From: Candidatus Electronema aureum
GTDB taxonomy: Bacteria > Desulfobacterota > Desulfobulbia > Desulfobulbales > Desulfobulbaceae
Assembly: GCA_004284765.1 (NCBI GenBank)
Contig: NQJD01000012.1
Location: forward strand, 27,307-59,306
Length of the DNA: 32,000 bases
Direction of reading: 5' to 3'
Notes under the pieces: model-generated
Seen by the model: only the letters and a program-made list of their open reading frames with translations
Databases searched by the model: none
Told to the model about the DNA's origin: nothing
In this document: one piece after another, positions 7,502 through 16,838 of the stretch
Position numbering within the stretch: the stretch's first letter is position 1
Layout of the letters: every line of letters starts with the position of its first letter
Made by a program: the position numbers and the translations under genes

Positions 7502-9286
7502 ATGAAACGTACAAAAATAAAAATGCTGTCGATTATCTTTGCATCACTGCTGCTGATTTCCTGTGATAAAAAGGAGAAACCAGAAGAGCAAAAGCACCCT
7601 GAGCCGCAAAAGCCTGCATCCATGCTTAGTTTTGTACCAGATGACACAGTCTTCTTTTCTGGTGGGATAGAGCATGTTCCGTTGAAAAAATTACTGAAAT
7701 GGAATATAGCCCGTTTCAACATGTCAAAAGACATGCTCACTCCGAAAGATTTGTCGAATATGGGCGAAGCGGCAAAGATAGAAGGGCAACGTATGGCTGT
7801 TCAGATATGGGATGATTATCTTACAACAATAGTATCACCGGAAACGCAGATAGAAAGCTGGGGATTTGAAGAGACACCCGCTATTGCTTCTTACACTATT
7901 GGCTTATCTCCTGTTCTTCTCCGCATTAGCTTGAAAGATATTCAAAAGTTCAATAATAAAATTGCTGAACTTGAAAGAAAGGCGAAGGTTACAGCAAAAG
8001 TAGAAGCATTAGGGACGGCGACTTATCGACGCTACGCTTTAAATGAGAAAAAAGGAGAGGGGCCGCTTGTCAGCTTGGTTATCGGCATTGATGGTAACAA
8101 TGCGGTTTTCATGATAGATATCGGCGTGGATAGCGAGAAAACGCTGTCTTTAGCCTTAGGGCAGAGCAAGCCGGAGAAATCGTTAGAGCAAAGCGGACGG
8201 CTTGAGTCACTGCAAGAAAAATATAAGCTGCTTCCTTCTTGGCTGGGCTTCATTGATCATCGGCAGCTGATCACAGGATTAACAACTAAAGACGGCAACC
8301 GCATGGCGAAGATGGTACAGCTGATTATTCCGCAGTTAGAAGAAAAGACTGCAAAACAGCTTACTGAGCTGCAAAGCGAAGGTTGTCGAAATGATCTCCA
8401 AGCGATTGGCGCAAATTGGCCGCAAATTGTCGGCGGATATACTGCGTTGGAGTTGAATGCAAAGCCATCTCATCTTGATTCAGTCATAGTTGTTGAAAGC
8501 AATGACCAACCATTGCTGGATGGTTTGCAGTCGCTACGGGGGTTTATTCCAGAATATGTGCGAAAATCATCTGAGCCAACTGCTTTCTCTTACGGAATTG
8601 GCTTAAATGTCGAAAATATCGCGCCGTTCTTAACCAAGCAGTGGACGGAAATCACGCAGAAACAGTACAATTGCAGCTATCTCAAAGAAATGCAGCAGGG
8701 AATGAAGGCACAAAATCCGGCAATGGTGAGTATGGCAACCAGCATGGCTGCTGGCGTGCGAGGCATAGCATTTTCTCTCTTGTCGCTAACAATGGATGAT
8801 GCTGCGAAAGAAGCACAAGCAACGCCAATGCCAAAAGATGTTGATGCGATTATCAGCCTCTCGGCAAAAGACCCAGTCGCATTGGTACAGATGGCATCGG
8901 CAATGATTCCGCCGTTAGCAGCATTGAAGATTCCTACTGACGGCACTGCGGTTGCATTGCCTGCGCCTGTTCCGCTTCCATTTCCCTTGATGGCAGCAAT
9001 TAAAGGTTCTCACTTGGCAGTATATGCAGGAAAAAAAGCTGAACAGATAGCGAATGATTTAAGCAAGGCTCCTCTTGAATCCTCTCAAGGCTTCATGGCC
9101 GCAGATATGGATTACGGTAAGTATTATGGCCTGATGGGGGATATGATTGCCAGTACAGGCAAGGAGAATACTGAAGCAGCTGAGGTTTTTGAGGCGATAA
9201 AGAATGCCAAAATGCGTGTCGTCATGGATATGGATTTCACTGCTCGCGGTATCGAAATGAAGGCGAATATGATTTCGACGGATTAA
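7502..9286 (+). CDS. Large lipoprotein of unknown function
   Basis: The RBS is aaagggga. The signal peptide MKRTKIKMLSIIFASLLLISC carries the lipobox L-I-S-C. I recognise no catalytic motifs. Confidence 0.7.
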   Translation: MKRTKIKMLSIIFASLLLISCDKKEKPEEQKHPEPQKPASMLSFVPDDTVFFSGGIEHVPLKKLLKWNIARFNMSKDMLTPKDLSNMGEAAKIEGQRMAVQIWDDYLTTIVSPETQIESWGFEETPAIASYTIGLSPVLLRISLKDIQKFNNKIAELERKAKVTAKVEALGTATYRRYALNEKKGEGPLVSLVIGIDGNNAVFMIDIGVDSEKTLSLALGQSKPEKSLEQSGRLESLQEKYKLLPSWLGFIDHRQLITGLTTKDGNRMAKMVQLIIPQLEEKTAKQLTELQSEGCRNDLQAIGANWPQIVGGYTALELNAKPSHLDSVIVVESNDQPLLDGLQSLRGFIPEYVRKSSEPTAFSYGIGLNVENIAPFLTKQWTEITQKQYNCSYLKEMQQGMKAQNPAMVSMATSMAAGVRGIAFSLLSLTMDDAAKEAQATPMPKDVDAIISLSAKDPVALVQMASAMIPPLAALKIPTDGTAVALPAPVPLPFPLMAAIKGSHLAVYAGKKAEQIANDLSKAPLESSQGFMAADMDYGKYYGLMGDMIASTGKENTEAAEVFEAIKNAKMRVVMDMDFTARGIEMKANMISTD

Positions 9287-9388
9287 TCATGATCTCCACT
9301 GGCGGGTGATATCTTGTTCTTGCCCGCCATTGATATGCAAAATGGATGCTGTATTCGTTCAATTCTCAGACAGCTCCACCAGTTCATC

Positions 9389-10195
9389 ATGTCCTCAAGT
9401 CATTCGTTGACGTTCTGCTTGTTTTCCTGTCTCAGTCTGTTGCCATCCCCGCTCCAAGCTGCTGAATCTCCTCTTGCTCTTGACCAAAAAGCTCTATCCG
9501 TTGTTTACTCTGGCCAAGAAACCATGCACTTTTCTGTTTCTTGGTCTGGAGGAGTAAAGATTGGCGACCTGCGCCTAAGCCTTGCTCCGGCCTCTTCTGG
9601 TAGCGGCCACGTCATCACCGCACGAGTGACGGATTATGGACTTTTTAAAGCGATTTATCCAGTCGATGACACTTTTGTCACCTATTTATCTGGGTCGCTG
9701 AAGCTGCCGACCCACTATGAGGTGCAGCAAATTGAACGCGGCAAAACGGTGCATCGGCTCACGACTTATGACCAGCACAAGCTGGAGGTGATTTACCGTA
9801 AGGAGAACAAGCCGCCAGAGGTGTATCCAATGGCAGGGTCGGTTTACAACGAATTCGCCGCTTTTTTTATCACGCGAGTTCTACGCATGAGGATGGATCC
9901 GCAGCAGTTTATTCCTGCTTTTGTTGATAAAAAACGATATTTGGTACCAATTAAGGTCTTTGGACGTGAAGACAAAAACAGCATCTTTGGTGTAGTGAAC
10001 ACGGTTAAGGTGCAGCCGAAGATGGCTTTTAAGGGGCTGTATGATAAGGACGGAGATACGATATTCTGGCTCACTAACGATGCCTGTCGGGTGCCGGTAG
10101 AAATTAGATCGAAAATCCTGATCGGCTCCTTAGTAGCGGAGCTGGTTGAATATGCTAACCCTGCCTGCACACTGCGGAAAAAGACAGGTAAGTAA
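9389..10195 (+). CDS. DUF3108-like exported protein
   Basis: I chose the ATG at 9389, which gives the signal peptide MSSSHSLTFCLFSCLSLLPSPLQA|AE. The TTG at 9314 in the ORF track adds a non-signal extension. The overall pattern resembles DUF3108 family members (..YPVDDTFVTYL.., ..CRVPVEIRSKILIGSLVAELVEY). This family call is from memory. Confidence 0.55.
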   Translation: MSSSHSLTFCLFSCLSLLPSPLQAAESPLALDQKALSVVYSGQETMHFSVSWSGGVKIGDLRLSLAPASSGSGHVITARVTDYGLFKAIYPVDDTFVTYLSGSLKLPTHYEVQQIERGKTVHRLTTYDQHKLEVIYRKENKPPEVYPMAGSVYNEFAAFFITRVLRMRMDPQQFIPAFVDKKRYLVPIKVFGREDKNSIFGVVNTVKVQPKMAFKGLYDKDGDTIFWLTNDACRVPVEIRSKILIGSLVAELVEYANPACTLRKKTGK

Positions 10196-10351
10196 GCCCT
10201 CTTGATATTTTCTCAGTCATTATGCTCTGAGTCCCGGAAAACAGTACCTCTTTTGCCGCTTGCTTTATCTGGGTAAAACTGTACAATTTTCCGTACCTGA
10301 AAGGCAGAGCAGACCTTCCTCGCCGCTGCCGACACCAAAATCCAGCAGACC

Positions 10352-13300
10352 ATGACCGACGAACAAAAACCCTTTGAGCCGACCAAAAAGCCTGATTTCG
10401 GCGAAATCCAAATTAGTCCAGGCGGCGGCTCGGCTCCTCGTACCCGCAGTCCCCAGTCCCCGAATCAGAAAGCAACAGCAGTCGCTCATAAGCCACCAGA
10501 AAAGGCAGCCCAGCGGAAAAAAACTTCTCGTTCCGGCGGCAGACACTGGGGCCATCTCTGCCTTATCCTGCTGCTTGCGGTACCGTTGCTGTTTCTCCTC
10601 TGCCTTGCTGGTGGATTGTATTTGCTGCCGCGTTATATCAAAGGCTCGCTGGCCGAGGAGCTGGGCCGCCAGTTAGGCCGACCAGTCACCATCGGCCAAG
10701 CCAGCTTGTCGCCTTTGCATCTTGATCTGCATTTGGGTGAAATCACCATCGGCGCGGCAACTGCCCACCCAGAGGAGCAGGAGATAGCCCGAATTGCTGA
10801 CCTTGATGCCCGCATCCGCCCGGCTGGCCTGCTGCATGGTCAGGTTATTTTAGATGATGTACGCATCGACCGGCTGCGGGCCAATTTGCTCCGCCGCACT
10901 GACGGCAGTTTCAACGTCCTGCCGCCTCAAGGTAGTCTTCTAAATGCACTCCCGAATTGGTTGCAAATTCATGGCCTCCGCTTGCACCGCAGCACTGTTC
11001 ATTTTTTTGATCAACCCAGCGACAAAAAGCATTTAGTTGAGCATATTGAATTTACCCTTCCTGCGGCTGGCCAAGGCGCAGAGCCTTCCCTGAGCGCGGT
11101 GGTCAACTCTAGTCCGCTCCAGATTACCGGACAGCGGCAGCAAGACGGTAGCCCAGAAACTCGGCTTTCGCTCAAATTAGATGATCTTGACCCACAGCAA
11201 TATATAGGCTTAGTTCCGGGAATGGCTGATAAACTGAGCCTGAGTGCGCAGCGGGCCGACGCAGTGTTGGAGATCATTCTCCAAGATGCGGACAAGGGTT
11301 TGGCTGTCACCGGCGCAATCAACTTTTCGGCTCTGCTGGCGCAGTCAGCGAACTGTGAAGAGCAGCCGGAGCAGTGCGTCCGCTTGGCCGCGCCTGTCGC
11401 GCATCTGATCGTCAAGGTTCATCCTCTCCAAAAGCTCTGCACCGTCGAGGAGCTGCTGCTGGAGGAGCCGCAGCTTGATCTGCCGGAAAGCCAAGAAGCC
11501 CTGCTATCTGGCGGGCCGCTGGCGGCGAAGGCTGCCGCCTTGTTCAATCCTGAAGAAATCGGTCTCGCGATTGGCAAACTGAATCTGAACAAAGGACGGA
11601 TCAGGAGCGGCAAAAAAGAATGGGCTGACGTGCAGATAGACCTGAGCGGCTTTCAGAATGCCAAAGCTGCCTCGCTGGTGGAAAAGGCAAACGAATCGCT
11701 CTTGTCGCTGTCAGCGGTCAGCGGCGCGTCGGTTTTCGATTTCAAGGGCAGCGTTGATTCGGCCTTCAATCTGTCCGGCAGCCTCAGTTTGCAGAACATG
11801 CAGGCCGACCTGCTCCGTCCGTATCTTTCCGCCGAGGAGTCGCTGCGTTTTGCCAAAGGCACGGCTGACCTTGCCGGAGAAGTCCGGCTGGAGCAGGCGG
11901 CAGGCAAGGCGAACGTCACATTCTCCGGCAGCACAGTAGCCTTGCGGGATTTCACCCTGCAACGCGGCGACAAGAAAGCCACAGCCCTATTGACTGGCAA
12001 AATCCTGCGCGGCACGGATTGCTCGTTGGACAGCAGTGGCGTGGTCTGCGACAAGGTCATGCTGGAGCAGGCGAATTTTGCCGACAGCGGCCTGCTTCTG
12101 CCCTCTGGCGGCGCGAAAAACGGAGTGCCGCGCTTTGCCGCCAACACGCTGGAGCTGAAAAATTCTTCAGCCCGACTGCCCTTGGGCGCGGCGCAGCTGC
12201 CGCTTTCCGGCCTCAACTTAGTTGTGCAGGCTGATAAGAGCTTCAAGCTGACCGCAGCGGCAGGCAAAAAAGGCAGCATCGCGATCACCGGCGAGGCAGC
12301 CAAGGGCAAGGACGGCGCGGCCCTGCTGACCGGCGACATCGCCTTGAAAAACATCTCCGCCGCTTTGCTGGACGGCTATCTCGCCAAAGACGGGGAAATC
12401 CGCTTCAGCCAAGGCACGGCGGACATTTCCGGCGCGTTTCGGCTGGAGCAGGGCAGGCTGAATCTTTCCAGCGGCGCGGTTTCAGTTCAAGATTTCGCCG
12501 TGCAACGCCAAGGCGCGGCCTTGCTTGCCGGTAAAACTCTGAGCGGCAACGACTGCGCCCTGAATGGCAGCGACCGGAGTATGAGCTGCGGCAAGGTCAC
12601 GCTGGAGCAGGCGGATTTCGCCGATTCCGGCTTTTTCCTGCAACCGGCAGGCAGACTGCGTTTCGCCGCTGACACGCTGGAGCTGAAAAACTCCGCTGCC
12701 CGGCTCATGCTGGGCACAACGCAGCTGCCGCTCTCCGGCCTCAACCTCAGCCTGAGCGGACTCCGCGACAAGCAGCCAAGTCAGAACAATTTCAAGCTGG
12801 AGGCAACGGCAGGCGGTTCCGGCAGAATCGAGATCAGCGGCGCGGCGGCCAAGAGCGACGCGGGCCTGACCATGTCCGGCAGCGTGGCCCTGCGCGAGGT
12901 GACGGCCTCTGTGCTTGATCCGTATCTGTCCGAAAGCGGGGACATTCGTTTCAGCCAAGGCACAGCGGAAATCAACGGAACCGGCAGTCTGACCGGCGCA
13001 GTTCTGCATCTTTCCAGCGGCACAGTTTCGGTGCAGGATTTCGTTTTGCAGCGCGGCAGCGCGGCCCTGCTTTCGGGTAAAGCACTCAGCGGCGCGGACT
13101 GCGCCCTTGACGGCGGCAGTCATCGCATGAGCTGCGCCAGCGTTCTGCTTGATCAGGCAAACTTTACCGATTCCGGCTTTTTCCTCCGACCTGCGGGCCA
13201 ACTGCGCTTTTCTGCTGATAGCGTCGATATCAAGAACTCTACCGCGTTGTTGCAGCTAGCCGGTTCTGAGGTGTTGGCTCTGTCAGGCCTGAATATGAAT

Positions 13301-15358
13301 CTAAGCGGATTGCCCGGCCAGATCAATTTAGAAGCGGCGGCAGGCAGCGGTAGACTAGAACTCAGCGGCGAGGCAAGCAAGAGTGATGCGGGTCTCAGTC
13401 TTTCCGGTAAGCTGGCTTTGAAAAACATCGATGTAGCGTTGTTGAATCCCTATCTCGGCGATGAACTCCGCTTGAGCAAAGGCAGCGCGGACATCAGCGG
13501 CAGCGGCAGTTTGACCTCGACAGAAGGCGGCGCAACACTGCATCTCGACAGCGGCGCGGTTGCGCTGCATGATTTCAGTTTGCAGCGGGACGGCGCATCC
13601 CTGCTTTTCGGCAAAAGTCTGAACGGCGCGGACTGCTCGTTAGACGGCGGCAGTCACAGCATGAGCTGCGGCAGCGTCGCTTTGGCCCAAGCGGATTTCG
13701 CTGAAGCAGCACCCGCCTTCTTCTTTCAGGCTGGAGACAAACTGCGTTTCACCGCGAACACTGTGGAAATCAGCGATTCCACCGCCCGCCTGCCGCTGGG
13801 TTCAGGCGCAAACCGGCCTCTGCTGCCGCTTTCCGGCTTGAAGATGAGTCTGAGCGGCCTGCGCGAGGCGCAGCCGGGGCAAAATTTCCAGCTGGAGGCG
13901 GCAGCAGGGCAGGGCAGCTTCAAGGCGGAAGGTTCTCTTCGCAAGGACGGCAGCGGCTCGGCGGCGGTCACGGGCGAGCAGCTTGATATCCGGCTATTCA
14001 GCAAGGCTTTTGCCGGGCTGTTCCGGGACGGGCTTGCGCCTGATCTAAAGCAAGGCAGCCTGAGCTTCCAAGGCCAGTTCGTTCTGCCGGAAAGCCGCTT
14101 CACCGGCGATTTCCAGATCAGCAATTTGGCTGCTGAAACCAGCCGGGGCGACAGTCTGCGCTGGCAGCGGGCTGAGGCCAGCAACACAGCGGTGGCTCTG
14201 TCGCCGTTTGCCGCCGCTGCGGAGAAAATTGCCCTGCACGAGCCGTCCCTGCGGATAGCTTCAGCGGAAGAGAGCCTGCCTGTGGGCTTCTTCGCTTTGT
14301 TCCAAGCATTGCCGCAGCTCGCCATCAACCAGTGCAATGTGAGCGGCGGGAGTTTGGAGCGTAGCGGCAGCAGCTTCAGCAATATCGAGGGGAGCTTTGC
14401 GCCGGTTAAAGCTGGAGCAGCAGCGGTCTTCTCGCTCACCGGTAAGATGAACGGTGGTGATTTCACAGTAAGCGGCAGCAGCGGCAGCGAGCAAGCGCAT
14501 ATCGATAAGCTGGCCGTTGAACGACTGCCTTTGATCGAAGCTGGCAAAGAGCTGGCCCGGCAGCTGGCTTTGGATGAGAGCCGGGGTAAAGTCACCCGCA
14601 CCGTGTCAGCGGCAGGCGACCGGTTAGATTTTTCCGGCTTTGTGCCGCAGCCCACATCGGACTTTGCATTTACGCTGGCCCTGCTCACCGACACAAACGG
14701 TAGCTTTTCCATGCCGCTTCAGTCTGTGCCTTTTGCTGCTCCAGATGAAGTTGTGGTTAAGGCAGCGGCAGACATGCTCCAAAAGCTCCGTCTTCAGAGT
14801 GTAACCACGCCGTGGACGGTGTTAGACAAGCTGGTTCCTAATCTGACCAAGGCGCAGAAGATTGAATTTCTCGCTGGTGACAAAGTGCCTGATTTCATGG
14901 ACGGCTTAGACGGCATCCGCGCCTTGACTCAGATTCGTCCGCATCTCGGCTGGACAATCAAAGGTTGCTATAACCAAGAGGATGACCAGAAGCCGCTGCT
15001 TGCCCAGCTGCACAAAGCAGGCGAAAAGGAATTAGAGGTAGAAAACCTACGTCGGAAAGCTGAGTTAGACAAGCTCATTGTGCAGGAGGAGAAGCGACAG
15101 CAGACCCTCAACAAAATGGGCCTGCCGATCATCAAAGATATGTTACCAGAGATCAAGCAGCGGGAGGATTTGCAGCCGTTAGCAGCCAAGCAGGATGAGC
15201 TGCCTGAAAACGTCCTGCCGGAGCTGGCCCGCGCCCGCGCTGAAGTGGTGCGGAATCAGCTCACCAGCAAGCTCAACATCCCGGCAGAGCGAGTGAAGAT
15301 TGAGGAAAGCGCGGCCTGCGGGACGCGAGTCGAGCTGCTGCCGGTGCCGGTCTGGTAA
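10352..15358 (+). CDS. Very large AsmA-like / DUF748-type envelope protein with N-terminal membrane anchor
   Basis: The protein is 1668 aa. It starts with a basic, Pro-rich N-terminus, then the TM helix HLCLILLLAVPLLFLLCLAGGLYLL. Next comes an AsmA/DUF748-like start (YIKGSLAEELGRQLGRPVTIGQASLSPLHLDLHLGEITIG). The body is a long, beta-rich G/S/A/L sequence. The C-terminus has a charged helical segment and an ..ARARAEVVRNQLTSKLNIPAERVKIEE tail. Confidence 0.6.
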   Translation: MTDEQKPFEPTKKPDFGEIQISPGGGSAPRTRSPQSPNQKATAVAHKPPEKAAQRKKTSRSGGRHWGHLCLILLLAVPLLFLLCLAGGLYLLPRYIKGSLAEELGRQLGRPVTIGQASLSPLHLDLHLGEITIGAATAHPEEQEIARIADLDARIRPAGLLHGQVILDDVRIDRLRANLLRRTDGSFNVLPPQGSLLNALPNWLQIHGLRLHRSTVHFFDQPSDKKHLVEHIEFTLPAAGQGAEPSLSAVVNSSPLQITGQRQQDGSPETRLSLKLDDLDPQQYIGLVPGMADKLSLSAQRADAVLEIILQDADKGLAVTGAINFSALLAQSANCEEQPEQCVRLAAPVAHLIVKVHPLQKLCTVEELLLEEPQLDLPESQEALLSGGPLAAKAAALFNPEEIGLAIGKLNLNKGRIRSGKKEWADVQIDLSGFQNAKAASLVEKANESLLSLSAVSGASVFDFKGSVDSAFNLSGSLSLQNMQADLLRPYLSAEESLRFAKGTADLAGEVRLEQAAGKANVTFSGSTVALRDFTLQRGDKKATALLTGKILRGTDCSLDSSGVVCDKVMLEQANFADSGLLLPSGGAKNGVPRFAANTLELKNSSARLPLGAAQLPLSGLNLVVQADKSFKLTAAAGKKGSIAITGEAAKGKDGAALLTGDIALKNISAALLDGYLAKDGEIRFSQGTADISGAFRLEQGRLNLSSGAVSVQDFAVQRQGAALLAGKTLSGNDCALNGSDRSMSCGKVTLEQADFADSGFFLQPAGRLRFAADTLELKNSAARLMLGTTQLPLSGLNLSLSGLRDKQPSQNNFKLEATAGGSGRIEISGAAAKSDAGLTMSGSVALREVTASVLDPYLSESGDIRFSQGTAEINGTGSLTGAVLHLSSGTVSVQDFVLQRGSAALLSGKALSGADCALDGGSHRMSCASVLLDQANFTDSGFFLRPAGQLRFSADSVDIKNSTALLQLAGSEVLALSGLNMNLSGLPGQINLEAAAGSGRLELSGEASKSDAGLSLSGKLALKNIDVALLNPYLGDELRLSKGSADISGSGSLTSTEGGATLHLDSGAVALHDFSLQRDGASLLFGKSLNGADCSLDGGSHSMSCGSVALAQADFAEAAPAFFFQAGDKLRFTANTVEISDSTARLPLGSGANRPLLPLSGLKMSLSGLREAQPGQNFQLEAAAGQGSFKAEGSLRKDGSGSAAVTGEQLDIRLFSKAFAGLFRDGLAPDLKQGSLSFQGQFVLPESRFTGDFQISNLAAETSRGDSLRWQRAEASNTAVALSPFAAAAEKIALHEPSLRIASAEESLPVGFFALFQALPQLAINQCNVSGGSLERSGSSFSNIEGSFAPVKAGAAAVFSLTGKMNGGDFTVSGSSGSEQAHIDKLAVERLPLIEAGKELARQLALDESRGKVTRTVSAAGDRLDFSGFVPQPTSDFAFTLALLTDTNGSFSMPLQSVPFAAPDEVVVKAAADMLQKLRLQSVTTPWTVLDKLVPNLTKAQKIEFLAGDKVPDFMDGLDGIRALTQIRPHLGWTIKGCYNQEDDQKPLLAQLHKAGEKELEVENLRRKAELDKLIVQEEKRQQTLNKMGLPIIKDMLPEIKQREDLQPLAAKQDELPENVLPELARARAEVVRNQLTSKLNIPAERVKIEESAACGTRVELLPVPVW
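11843..14030 (+). repeat. Four tandem ~174-185-aa protein repeats inside the AsmA-like gene
   Basis: Repeat starts are at 11843 (LRFAKGTADL), 12398 (IRFSQGTADI), 12944 (IRFSQGTAEI) and 13466 (LRLSKGSADI). The periods are 555, 546 and 522 nt. Each unit keeps a Cys pair (DCSLDSSGVVCDKV, DCALNGSDRSMSCGKV, DCALDGGSHRMSCASV, DCSLDGGSHSMSCGSV) and an LPLSGLN/K motif. Confidence 0.9.
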
Positions 15359-15632
15359 AAAACGGCAGCGCATTCCGGCGGGCCGTTGTACAATGTGGAG
15401 GCTATGATGACTGCTGTGAAAGTCAAAAATGCTGATTCAACTTGCGGTTGATCAATGGCAAACAAGGCAGGTGAAAGCCTGTTGAGCAACATGGTGACAG
15501 CGGTGTTGTGATGGGGGCACTACTGCCTCCCTCTTTCATGGATGTTGGAGTTATGAGGAAACTATGGAATCATTTGTTAGCCATTTTTAGTATGGACACA
15601 AAATTACAAATGCCCCTTTGAGAAACGCAATC

Positions 15633-16838
15633 ATGACTTACTCCGTATTAGATACCTTTGCTGGAGCTGGTGGATTCAGCCTTGGGTTTCAGCTTGCTGG
15701 TGCCAAAGTAATTGGTGCCATTGAGATAGATCAGTGGGCATCCGAAACATTTCAATTCAATCATCCAGATGCCACTGTAATACAGAGTGACATTAAAAGG
15801 ATGACCGATAAACAAATACTTGATACTTTCGGAGGTACTCCCCCTGACATCATTTTAGGCGGACCGCCTTGCCAAGGATTTTCTATCTGCAATAAGAATA
15901 ACGGCGACCATAAAGACCCGCGTAACTCTCTCTTTGAAGAGTTCATAAGGGTTGGTCGCCTGCTTAAGCCGCAGATAATGATTATGGAAAACGTCCCTAA
16001 CCTTATCAAAGCTCGTACAGCTTCTTATGAGCTTGTAATTGACATCATCACCTCAGAACTACGCAAAATCGGATATCACATCGATTACAAAATCTTGGAA
16101 GCCACTAACTACGGAATCCCGCAGATACGAAAGCGTCTTTTCGTGGTCGCGTCACGAACAAAACTGATTGCCCCTTTCCCGGAAAAAACGCACACAACCA
16201 TGCGCAGTCCATATTTGATGGAGGCGCATCTGGGAATATGTCCAACTCTCTGGGATGCCATTTCCGATCTGCCAACACTCGATGCACGGGAGGGCAAAGA
16301 AGAGGCTGAATACACTATTCCGCCACAGAACGATTATCAAGGTATCCTACGACAAGGTGCAGCAACGCTTTTTAATCATAAGGCAATGAACCACTCAAAG
16401 CGACTCGTCGAACGATTTGCATCAATGAGTTGCGGACACTCCACTTCAGATGTGCCAGATCATTTGCGCCCTTTAAAACGAAATGGTACTGAATTTTCCG
16501 AAAAGACATACGATCAAAACAATCGACGGATGCATCCTGATCGGCCATGCCACACTATTCCGGCATCGTTTTACGCAAACTTTGTACACCCTTACCAGAA
16601 CAGGAATTTTACGGCACGGGAAGGAGCAAGAATTCAATCTTTCCCGGATTGGTATATCTTCAAGGGCAAACCAACCGTTGTAAGTCACAAGTTGCTCCAC
16701 CGCGAAGGACGTTTAGAGGAGAAACACCTCTGTCAGTACAACCAAGTTGGCAATGCCGTCCCTCCCCTCTTAGCAAAAGCCATCGCTCAAAACATCCTCC
16801 ATCAACTTCGGAGTCAATATGCTGGTTCACGGCAATAA
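15633..16838 (+). CDS. dcm: DNA (cytosine-5)-methyltransferase (type II R-M methylase)
   Basis: Motif I is DTFAGAGGFSLGF, motif IV is GGPPCQGFS, motif VI is ENV and motif VIII is QIRKRLF. Motif IX is REGARIQSFPDWY and motif X is QVGNAVPPLLA. I prefer the ATG at 15633 over the TTG at 15618. Confidence 0.93.
   Translation: MTYSVLDTFAGAGGFSLGFQLAGAKVIGAIEIDQWASETFQFNHPDATVIQSDIKRMTDKQILDTFGGTPPDIILGGPPCQGFSICNKNNGDHKDPRNSLFEEFIRVGRLLKPQIMIMENVPNLIKARTASYELVIDIITSELRKIGYHIDYKILEATNYGIPQIRKRLFVVASRTKLIAPFPEKTHTTMRSPYLMEAHLGICPTLWDAISDLPTLDAREGKEEAEYTIPPQNDYQGILRQGAATLFNHKAMNHSKRLVERFASMSCGHSTSDVPDHLRPLKRNGTEFSEKTYDQNNRRMHPDRPCHTIPASFYANFVHPYQNRNFTAREGARIQSFPDWYIFKGKPTVVSHKLLHREGRLEEKHLCQYNQVGNAVPPLLAKAIAQNILHQLRSQYAGSRQ

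Noticed and set aside
9314-9388. TTG-initiated N-terminal extension of the DUF3108-like protein. Similar upstream starts occur at 15618 (methyltransferase), 19619 (nitroreductase) and 29571 (MFS).
   Set aside because: In each case an internal ATG gives a canonical N-terminus (a signal peptide, motif I spacing, a typical nitroreductase start, or an RBS-preceded start). The extensions add non-homologous sequence.
11011-14712. Long minus-strand ORFs (134, 233, 239 and 328 aa) and short alternative + frame ORFs inside the AsmA-like gene.
   Set aside because: The DNA is GC-rich and repeat-containing, so it is stop-codon poor in several frames. The products are Arg/Ala/Ser/Pro-rich with no motifs. 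The 1668-aa + frame has a TM anchor and coherent domain repeats.
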